Virus record (IMG/VR): IMGVR_UViG_3300035070_003385
Coordinates: 64,001-128,000 of that record
Strand: one strand, 5' to 3'
Source of the DNA: a virus
Length of the DNA stretch: 64,000 nucleotides
The first letter of the stretch is position 1, and each line of letters opens with the position of its first letter. The notes under the pieces were generated by a model. It saw only the letters and a program-made list of their open reading frames with translations. It did no database searches and was not told where the DNA came from. A program made the translations under genes and the position numbers. Positions 19,514 through 26,103 of the stretch are shown piece after piece.

Positions 19514-19563
19514 CATTCTGTTTAGAATCAGTTATATTAATAGTATAAAGAGAATCAATGGAG
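19504..19563. repeat. 60-bp direct repeat copy 2 (promoter + RBS)
   Basis: Identical to 19286-19345. Confidence 0.95.
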
Positions 19564-19569
19564 CCTATC

Positions 19570-19650
19570 ATGGCTAAGAGTAAAGAAGATCTTAAAAAAG
19601 AAGCAGCTTCTCGTCTTGCAGGCGAACTGATGTCAAAGCTGTTTAAGTAA
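19570..19650 (+). CDS. 26-aa microprotein MAKSKEDLKKEAASRLAGELMSKLFK
   Basis: GGAG RBS supplied by the repeat; own promoter. Confidence 0.5.
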   Translation: MAKSKEDLKKEAASRLAGELMSKLFK

Positions 19651-19659
19651 TAAAGGAGA

Positions 19660-19809
19660 CTATTTCATACATACGTCTGTGTAGAGGCGTTGATCAGCTA
19701 AAAGCACTATCTCGAAAGGGATGTTAGTTTCAATTGAACTAGAGCGGCAATGTCAATAAGGCCGTGCGGGGAGATTGGAAATACTAGCTCGGGCGTATGT
19801 ATAAAATAG
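19660..19809 (+). ncRNA. Unassigned ~150-nt structured RNA
   Basis: 20-nt terminal stem (19 of 20 paired, two G.U) enclosing three hairpins, one with a GAAA tetraloop; 5 nt before tRNA-Trp. Confidence 0.6.
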
Positions 19810-19814
19810 TTTAT

Positions 19815-19888
19815 TAGGGTGTAGTATAATGGTAGTACAACGGATTCCAAACCCGTTGGCGTGGGTTCGATTCCTACCACCCTAGCCA
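19815..19888 (+). tRNA. tRNA-Trp (CCA)
   Basis: Cloverleaf, loop TTCCAAA, T-loop TTCGATT, encoded CCA. Confidence 0.92.
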
Positions 19889-19907
19889 ATATAAAGGATT
19901 AGTATGA

Positions 19908-20096
19908 ATGTTTAAATTGTTTAGTTCTACTAAGTTTAAAGCTGATGATATTGACTGGGAGTTAGATGTGCATCCAGTTCAATCTGTGATTAACGAAGGT
20001 CCTAAGGAATTAACTTTAAGTGAATCTTATGAAGTAATTCTAGATCGTCTTAATAAAATTGAAGAAAAAATTGACAAGATCTTAAAGGACAAATAG
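19908..20096 (+). CDS. Hypothetical protein within tRNA cluster
   Basis: RBS AAGGA; C-terminal short coiled coil. Confidence 0.55.
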   Translation: MFKLFSSTKFKADDIDWELDVHPVQSVINEGPKELTLSESYEVILDRLNKIEEKIDKILKDK

Positions 20097-20103
20097 TAAT
20101 AAG

Positions 20104-20181
20104 CTCTCGGTGGGAAAGTCTGGTTAATCCGCTTGGTTTGGGACCAAGAAACCGCTGGTTCGAATCCAGCTCGAGAGACCA
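20104..20181 (+). tRNA. tRNA-Pro (TGG)
   Basis: Anticodon stem CTTGG/CCAAG, loop TTTGGGA, CCA end. Confidence 0.92.
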
Positions 20182-20189
20182 AATATAGA

Positions 20190-20218
20190 TTGACATATTA
20201 GAATATATATGTTATAAT
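20190..20218 (+). promoter_or_regulatory. Consensus sigma70 promoter for the downstream tRNAs
   Basis: TTGACA-N17-TATAAT. Confidence 0.75.
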
Positions 20219-20263
20219 AGTAATATAAACGGATAAAAACAACTAAAGAATATAACAGTTAAT

Positions 20264-20341
20264 GGTCTCTTAGCTCAGCAGGATTAGAGCAAGTGCCTTC
20301 TAAGCACTAGGTCGTAGGTTCGAGTCCTACAGAGATCACCA
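20264..20341 (+). tRNA. tRNA-Arg (TCT)
   Basis: Anticodon stem AGTGC/GCACT, loop CTTCTAA, CCA end. Confidence 0.95.
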
Positions 20342-20370
20342 AACTTTTAAAGAATAGAAATAATATTCGT

Positions 20371-20447
20371 GGGCCTTTAGCATAATTGGTTAATGCACAG
20401 TGCTCATAACACTGCCGATTGGGGTTCAAGTCCCTAAGGGCCTACCA
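20371..20447 (+). tRNA. tRNA with CAT anticodon, probably tRNA-Ile2 (lysidine acceptor)
   Basis: Loop CTCATAA; acceptor C4:G69 and C5:G68 as in Ile2; lacks initiator features. Confidence 0.85.
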
Positions 20448-20457
20448 ATATTATTTC

Positions 20458-20532
20458 GCGGGTATCGTATAGTGGTTATTACGGTAGGTTTCCAACCTTT
20501 AGACAGGAGTTCGATTCTCCTTACCCGCTCCA
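20458..20532 (+). tRNA. tRNA-Gly (TCC)
   Basis: Acceptor GCGGGTA/TACCCGC, U73, loop TTTCCAA, CCA end. Confidence 0.92.
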
Positions 20533-20540
20533 AAGATCTA

Positions 20541-20658
20541 CTTTAGACAGACTGTTTAAAGAACCAAACATCGAAAAGGGGTTTGTAGTAGAGAGTGGCA
20601 AACCAGAAACCCTGAAACACCCAAAGCCGAAAGGTGAGTACGCTGTTAGGTCACTCGC
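20541..20658 (+). ncRNA. Possible structured RNA between tRNA-Gly and tRNA-Leu
   Basis: Serial stems: 20541-20561, GGGGTTT/AAACCCT, GCC-GAAA-GGT, GAGT/ACTC. Confidence 0.35.
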
Positions 20659-20680
20659 ATTAATACAGAATAAAGTTACG

Positions 20681-20766
20681 GCCCTCATGGTGGAATAGGT
20701 AGACACAAGAGACTTAAAATCTCTCGCTCAGAGAGCGTCCCGGTTCGAGTCCGGGTGAGGGCACCA
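20681..20766 (+). tRNA. tRNA-Leu (TAA)
   Basis: Loop CTTAAAA, long variable arm, CCA end. Confidence 0.95.
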
Positions 20767-20813
20767 TTTAAACAAGGTAAAATAAGCGAGTAAAGATAAA
20801 AAATAAATAAGTA

Positions 20814-20898
20814 TATCACTGCAGGTTTGCTAATTAATCAGAGTTATTTCAGGCGTCATAACAGATTTCTTCGAGGTTCAATTCCTCGAGTGATACCG
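20814..20898 (+). pseudogene. tRNA-like element with a 10-nt anticodon loop
   Basis: 7-bp acceptor TATCACT/AGTGATA, perfect T-arm CGAGG-TTCAATT-CCTCG, stem GTTAT/ATAAC, no CCA. Confidence 0.6.
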
Positions 20899-21069
20899 TT
20901 TTAAATAAGCTGCATTAGGAAACTGTAGTGAGAATTTATCAATATAAAAATAAACATATTCTGGTAGATGAAAATAATAAAATAATTTTATCTTCTACTG
21001 ATAAATCAATTGTGACAAAAACATTAAACAATATACTCAACAAACAAAAAAAATTATAATGCTTTTTCT

Positions 21070-21077
21070 TATAAATA
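21070..21077 (+). promoter_or_regulatory. T4-type late promoter upstream of dps
   Basis: TATAAATA. Confidence 0.65.
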
Positions 21078-21106
21078 ATAATGTAATTGCATAGAGGAGA
21101 AATATC

Positions 21107-21550
21107 ATGGAATTAGAAAACTTAGTTGAAAAAATGAAGGTTGTATTAGCATCAGCCTTTTCCTTATATTTAAAATCACACAATTATCATTGGAATGTAA
21201 CAGGCGAAAACTTTAAAGCTTATCACGATTTCTTTGGAGAATATTATGAAAATGTTTTTGGTTCTATCGACGAATATGCTGAACGGATTCGTACTTTAAA
21301 ATCTTTTGCTCCAGGATCTTTAAAAAGGTTTTCTGAGCTTAGTGTAATTTCAGACGAATTGTCAATTCCTTCCCCTAAGTTTATGTTTGTCCGCCTCGCA
21401 CAGGATAATCAAAGATTTGTTGCAGAACTTAAAGAAGCACACGGCATTGCAAACCAGCTCAGTCAGCAAGGAATTGCTAGCTTATTAGAAGATCGCATTG
21501 ACTTCCATGAAAAAATGCAATGGATGTTAGATTCGCACGCTGACATTTAA
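21107..21550 (+). CDS. dps: Dps/ferritin-like protein
   Basis: LKSHNYHWNVTG..F...H.FF, D..AERIR, HEK..WML. Confidence 0.92.
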   Translation: MELENLVEKMKVVLASAFSLYLKSHNYHWNVTGENFKAYHDFFGEYYENVFGSIDEYAERIRTLKSFAPGSLKRFSELSVISDELSIPSPKFMFVRLAQDNQRFVAELKEAHGIANQLSQQGIASLLEDRIDFHEKMQWMLDSHADI

Positions 21551-21562
21551 ATAAGATTTGCT

Positions 21563-21790
21563 ATGTCAGAAGAAGAATGGAAACTCATTTTAGAAGTAAT
21601 TAAAGAGCTTGAAGATAAAGATGGCTTTGTAACATTTCCGATTTCTGCTGAATCGGGTGATGAAAGCGAAGATTACAAATTTTATACTGATGACATAATG
21701 AAAATGATAGCTGAAGAATTAGATAATATACTTGTTGACGATACTACAATGGCAAAACACATGTTAAACACAATAGGAATCAAAACTTAA
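21563..21790 (+). CDS. Hypothetical acidic protein
   Basis: Operon position. Confidence 0.55.
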   Translation: MSEEEWKLILEVIKELEDKDGFVTFPISAESGDESEDYKFYTDDIMKMIAEELDNILVDDTTMAKHMLNTIGIKT

Positions 21791-21807
21791 CTTTAAAGAG
21801 GTACGAT

Positions 21808-21990
21808 ATGCTACATGCAAAAATTAAACCCGATGAAGATAAAATAGTTGAAAAGCCAAAACCAAAGGCTGTTCGTATTAAAAAATCTATAGCAGCCCGT
21901 ATTAGACGTAAAGAAATAAAACAAATTAAGCAAATGCAATTAATAAAAGAAGAAAAAGAAGCTAAAAACAAACTAAAAAATAATAACTGA
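21808..21990 (+). CDS. Hypothetical basic protein
   Basis: RBS GAGG; Lys/Arg-rich. Confidence 0.5.
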   Translation: MLHAKIKPDEDKIVEKPKPKAVRIKKSIAARIRRKEIKQIKQMQLIKEEKEAKNKLKNNN

Positions 21991-22232
21991 TGTTTACTAA
22001 TGAAATTGAATTTGACGAATCGATCATAACAGTCCTTGATGATTGCGGTCTATACGAAGATATAAAAGTTTTTTTAGATGACCAAGAAGTTTACATTCAA
22101 CAATACAATAATAAAAAAGACAAAATGGAATTTGTTGTAATGTCAGCAAAAATGTTTTACGAATTAATGGAAGCAATGAAAAAGCCAGCTGGCGCATACA
22201 TTTCTAATAGGAAAATTAATAATGTTAAATAA
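21990..22232 (+). CDS. Hypothetical protein
   Basis: Overlapping stop/start coupling. Confidence 0.6.
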   Translation: MFTNEIEFDESIITVLDDCGLYEDIKVFLDDQEVYIQQYNNKKDKMEFVVMSAKMFYELMEAMKKPAGAYISNRKINNVK

Positions 22233-22701
22233 AAACCAAATTGAAGATTTGGTCAATTTATTGTATTCTTTAGATCAAAATACTAAAATATACATTGGAA
22301 CTGATTCCGTTCGTTTTAATAAAAATGGAGTTTGGCACGCAAAATACGCATCCGTTTGTGTAGTACATATGAATGGGCGGAGCGGATGCAAAGTATTTAA
22401 GCACAGGTCTATTGAAAGAGATTATGATGTAAGAAAAAACAGACCATCTTTGAGATTAATGAATGAAGTAATGAAATCTTGCGAATTATATACTCAATTA
22501 ATTCCGTTCATTGATGAGTTTGATGTGGAAATACATCTTGATGTTAATACAAATCCGCTTTACGGTTCTAATTGCGTTGCACATCAAGCCGCAGGATATG
22601 TATTAGGAGTTACTGGCCTTTCAGAAAATAGAGTTAAATTAAAACCAAATGTTTTGGCTGCAATTTCCGGCGCAGATCATTTTGCTAATAGTTTCTATTG
22701 A
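22222..22701 (+). CDS. RNase H-like YkuK/DUF458 family protein
   Basis: IYIGTDS, RLMNEV, EIHLDVN. Confidence 0.8.
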   Translation: MLNKNQIEDLVNLLYSLDQNTKIYIGTDSVRFNKNGVWHAKYASVCVVHMNGRSGCKVFKHRSIERDYDVRKNRPSLRLMNEVMKSCELYTQLIPFIDEFDVEIHLDVNTNPLYGSNCVAHQAAGYVLGVTGLSENRVKLKPNVLAAISGADHFANSFY

Positions 22702-22746
22702 CATTTTGTTCATTATAGATTAATATTAATTATAAGGAGAATCAAT

Positions 22747-23253
22747 ATGAAAATCGTAATCACAGCTTGTGCAATATCAATCTTGCCTGTACTTTCTTTT
22801 GCAGGTAATTCAAATAATTATGCTACTATCACATCAGTAGATCCAGTTTATAAAAATAATTATGTAACACGCTATGACAATAACTGCTATGATGTTGATG
22901 TTCCTATTTACCAAGAACGCGTGATACCTGGCGGCGGTTCTGATGGCGATGTTTTTGCCGGAGCAATTATAGGCGGAGTTATTGGAAATCAGTTTGGTAA
23001 TGGTAGCGGAAAAGACGCCGCGACGGTTTTAGGAGCTATTCTAGGCGCTAATAGAGCATCTAATAAACGTGTACAGGAAATAGTTGGATACCGCGTTGAG
23101 CAAAAATGTGAGTCAATACAAAAAACTGTAAATGAACCAACAATCTATAAATACAATATCAGTTACGAGTATAACGGTTATACTTATACTCAAGAAACTA
23201 CTAAGCGTTATACTTTAGGTCAAACTGTTTTAATCCAGCCATCTTTGGATTAA
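22747..23253 (+). CDS. Exported glycine-zipper 2TM protein (YcfJ-like)
   Basis: Signal peptide; GAIIGGVIGNQFGNGSGKDAATVLGAILG. Confidence 0.85.
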   Translation: MKIVITACAISILPVLSFAGNSNNYATITSVDPVYKNNYVTRYDNNCYDVDVPIYQERVIPGGGSDGDVFAGAIIGGVIGNQFGNGSGKDAATVLGAILGANRASNKRVQEIVGYRVEQKCESIQKTVNEPTIYKYNISYEYNGYTYTQETTKRYTLGQTVLIQPSLD

Positions 23254-23285
23254 TTAAATTCGGGTGGTTGCGTAATAAACCCGCG

Positions 23286-23309
23286 AAGGCCAACGGTTAG
23301 CCTTTTTTT
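23286..23309 (+). terminator. Probable intrinsic terminator
   Basis: AAGGCCAACGGTTAGCCTT hairpin followed by T run. Confidence 0.6.
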
Positions 23310-23338
23310 ATTTGCGAATTTGTTATTAGGAGAAATAC

Positions 23339-23707
23339 ATGGGCATCAAAGCTGGAAAAATTTGGGGAAATACAGAACTCATTCACGCAAATGGCGTATT
23401 GGAATTTCATAGAATTGAATTTAACAAAGGTTATAAGTGTTCAGAGCATGAACATAAATTTAAATGGAACGGGTTTTACGTAGAATCTGGTCAAATGATT
23501 GTAAGGGTATGGCAAGATGAAGATCAAGCTGGCTTGGTTGATGAAACAATTCTTGGTCCTGGTGATTTCACTCAAGTTAAACCTGGGAAGATCCACCAGT
23601 TTGAAGGGGTTGAGGACGGAGTGGCCTTTGAATTATACTGGGCAGAATTTAATCACGATGATATTGTTCGAAGAACTATCGGAACATCAATACAAGGTAA
23701 AAAATAA
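23339..23707 (+). CDS. Cupin-fold protein (sugar isomerase-like)
   Basis: CSEHEH..KWNGFYVESG; PG.IHQF. Confidence 0.75.
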   Translation: MGIKAGKIWGNTELIHANGVLEFHRIEFNKGYKCSEHEHKFKWNGFYVESGQMIVRVWQDEDQAGLVDETILGPGDFTQVKPGKIHQFEGVEDGVAFELYWAEFNHDDIVRRTIGTSIQGKK

Positions 23708-24009
23708 TGAAAAAATATTTTGATTTTAATGGTGTAGCAAAGCGCCAAGAATTTTGGGCAGTACACATCGTAGGCATAATAGCAATCGTAATTGCTATGA
23801 CAATGCTAGAAGGTTCCGGAGCACTAGGGGCGCTTGTCGCATTGGTTGCATTAATTGCAACACTTTGGGCAATTATTGCTGTAACTGTAAAACGTTTGCG
23901 TGATGCAGGTCTTAACACTTTGTGGGTTTTAGCAATACTTATACCTTATGTTGGTACGGTTGCTAGTATTGTGTTTGGTTGTATTGGCAGCATTGAAATT
24001 AAAGAGTAA
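23707..24009 (+). CDS. DUF805 family membrane protein
   Basis: FNGVAKRQEFW...VTVKRLRDAG. Confidence 0.85.
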   Translation: MKKYFDFNGVAKRQEFWAVHIVGIIAIVIAMTMLEGSGALGALVALVALIATLWAIIAVTVKRLRDAGLNTLWVLAILIPYVGTVASIVFGCIGSIEIKE

Positions 24010-24012
24010 TAA

Positions 24013-24792
24013 ATGAGAATTATTGCAGGTCCATGCCAGCACGAAACACTTGCACAAAGTGCAGAAATTGCTAAAGAGTGTAAACGCGTATGCGACAAAT
24101 ACGGTATAGAATATTACTTTAAAGCTAGTTATGATAAAGCAAATCGGAGTAGTGCTAACGGTCAGCGCGGCCAAGGTATGGATGCGACATTAACAGACTT
24201 TCTTGCACTAAAGGTAACACTGGGTGTAAAAACACTTACTGATGTGCATGATGTCGTACAGATTGCCAGGATTGAAAAGGAATTTAAAGATGCAGTTGAT
24301 GTTTATCAAATTCCAGCGTTCTTGTGTCGACAAACTGATTTAATCAAAGCAGCCTGTGCTACAGATAAAATTGTAAATATCAAAAAAGGGCAATTTATGG
24401 CTCCTTGGGATGTAAAGGGAGTATTAAGCAAGTGTGATGGTGCAAAAGAAGTTTGGATAACTGAAAGAGGTACTAGTTTTGGATATAACAATCTCGTTGT
24501 TGATTACACTGGTCTTATTTACATGCTCAACACTTATGATAATGATATTGTGTTTGATGTTACGCACTCTGTACAAAAACCCGGGGGATTGGGGGATAGT
24601 AGCGGTGGGAATCGTGATTACGTGCCTAGCCTTTCTTATGCAGGGGCTGCTCTTGGGATCAAATCATTTTTCCTCGAAGTCCACGCTATGCCTGATGACG
24701 CGCCAAGCGATGGTCCAAATATGCTTAAATTAGAAAATTTTGAAGCTGTAGTAAAACAAATAAAAAAAATAAATATCGCTATTAGTAAATAA
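24013..24792 (+). CDS. kdsA: Kdo 8-phosphate synthase
   Basis: IIAGPC, FKASYDKANRSS, QIPAFLCRQTDL, NIKKGQF, ERGTSFGY, DGP. Confidence 0.96.
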   Translation: MRIIAGPCQHETLAQSAEIAKECKRVCDKYGIEYYFKASYDKANRSSANGQRGQGMDATLTDFLALKVTLGVKTLTDVHDVVQIARIEKEFKDAVDVYQIPAFLCRQTDLIKAACATDKIVNIKKGQFMAPWDVKGVLSKCDGAKEVWITERGTSFGYNNLVVDYTGLIYMLNTYDNDIVFDVTHSVQKPGGLGDSSGGNRDYVPSLSYAGAALGIKSFFLEVHAMPDDAPSDGPNMLKLENFEAVVKQIKKINIAISK

Positions 24793-24804
24793 GGAGATAA
24801 TATA

Positions 24805-24921
24805 TTGGCTGACATAATTTTATGGAATTGTATATTTTGGAGTGTTTGGTTAACAATTTCTTACATTCCTTATTTACTTGTGCAAATTGCAATAGATAAT
24901 AGTAAAGACACAAGTAATTAG
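24805..24921 (+). CDS. Putative 38-aa membrane peptide (TTG start)
   Basis: AAGGAG RBS; hydrophobic IILWNCIFWSVWLTISYIPYLLV. Confidence 0.45.
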   Translation: MADIILWNCIFWSVWLTISYIPYLLVQIAIDNSKDTSN

Positions 24922-24930
24922 GATCAATAA

Positions 24931-25611
24931 ATGACTAAAACGGCAATATTAATACCAGCTAGATTTGCAAGCACACGATTTCCAGGTAAACCTTTGACTC
25001 TACTTGGCGGTGTTCCCATGATACAGCGTGTATATAATGAGTGCAAGAAGTCAGGTTTAGATACATATGTGCTTACAGATGATCTGAGAGTGTTTAATTT
25101 ATTTGGATCGAGCAAGTGCTGGATTGAAGAAGGTGAATATGAAAATGGCACAGCGCGATGCGCAGGTGCTATTAAGAATTCTTTCTTTGATGATTATGAT
25201 AAGTTTATCAATGTCCAAGGTGATATGCCTGATGTAACTCAACATATGATTGAAAAAACTGAGTGGCATTTGGAAAACTACACTGTTACAACTATGTGTG
25301 CATTAATGCCTTCTGAGTTGCAGAATGATCCTAACACTGTTAAGCTAGTAAGAGTAGGTGATAAATGTCTATGGTTTGGAAGAGGTATCACTGGTTATGG
25401 CGATCACCACCTAGGTATATATGGATATAAACGATGGGCATTGGAAATGTATCCTAATATGGAGATTACAAAAGAAGAACGTATCGAAGCTTTAGAGCAA
25501 ATACGCTGGCTTAAAAATGGATTTGACATTGGAGTATTGCAAACTGACTTTAATGGAATAGAAATAAACACGCCAGAAGATGCTAAAAAATGGAAAGAAG
25601 CTAACAAATGA
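24931..25611 (+). CDS. kdsB: CMP-Kdo synthetase
   Basis: IPARFASTRFPGKPL, NVQGD, HLGIYGY, LEQIRWL. Confidence 0.95.
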   Translation: MTKTAILIPARFASTRFPGKPLTLLGGVPMIQRVYNECKKSGLDTYVLTDDLRVFNLFGSSKCWIEEGEYENGTARCAGAIKNSFFDDYDKFINVQGDMPDVTQHMIEKTEWHLENYTVTTMCALMPSELQNDPNTVKLVRVGDKCLWFGRGITGYGDHHLGIYGYKRWALEMYPNMEITKEERIEALEQIRWLKNGFDIGVLQTDFNGIEINTPEDAKKWKEANK

Positions 25612-25762
25612 ATGATGAATATCTATATGAAGATACCGAAGAAGACGATTTTAAAGAAATGGATGATGGCGCTTAGGTAACATAATAGTAACATAATAGT
25701 AACACATTAAGTTATTTAAATAAATAGTTGACATTTGGACTACAATGGATTATATATAATTA

Positions 25763-26073
25763 GTAAGCGTTGAAGCAACGTGGACACATACTGGACCCCG
25801 GTTCGATACCGGGCAGCTCCACCATAGATACACTGTTTAAACAGGAACATTGTTCTGGGCATAGCCAACGAAATCGCCTGCTGCGGTTGGCAGTGTATCT
25901 TTGATGGGGCTGAAATGGGATCGACAGGTGTGGAAGTGGAAGTGGAGTTTACCGGATGACTGCGTTATTGGTCAAACTTTCTAAATGCAAACGCAAATAG
26001 AGCGCCAAAAATGGCATTAGCAGCCTAAAGGTATGTGAGGGTTGGCAACGCACCTAGTAACAGAAGCGTTGCA
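25763..26073 (+). ncRNA. ssrA: Circularly permuted two-piece tmRNA (alphaproteobacterial type)
   Basis: Acceptor piece ending T-arm-CAGCTCC-ACCA (25824) precedes coding piece starting GGGGCTG (25906); G3.U70; tag ORF 25987-26028 ANANRAPKMALAA; outer ends approximate. Confidence 0.92.
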
Positions 26074-26103
26074 ATTATTTTAAATAACAGAGGAAAAAAT
26101 GTA

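Noticed and set aside
17669-19563. Repeats considered as a CRISPR array or att sites
   Set aside because: Only pairs of copies, spaced by whole genes and containing promoter boxes; no cas or integrase gene in the window
19685-19700. GCGTTGATCAG resemblance to the pistol ribozyme core
   Set aside because: No P1/pseudoknot or AAAUA linker; the match is a short palindrome
20595-20635. GGCAAACC...CAAAGCC resemblance to the c-di-GMP-I riboswitch
   Set aside because: The P2 closing GG and GAC-GCAAA junction are missing and no regulated ORF lies downstream
20814-20898. Interpretation as tRNA-Sec (TCA in the loop)
   Set aside because: No 8-bp acceptor, 6-bp D-stem or long variable arm; TCA is not centred in a 7-nt loop
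20928-21060. Possible frameshifted small ORF (MRIYQYKNKHILVDENNKII / SSTDKSIVTK...)
   Set aside because: Very AT-rich and short; two open frames are expected by chance and no homolog can be recognised
25608-25704. 22-aa acidic ORF and 11-bp tandem repeat (GTAACATAATA x2.5)
   Set aside because: Too short to support a function; probably replication slippage
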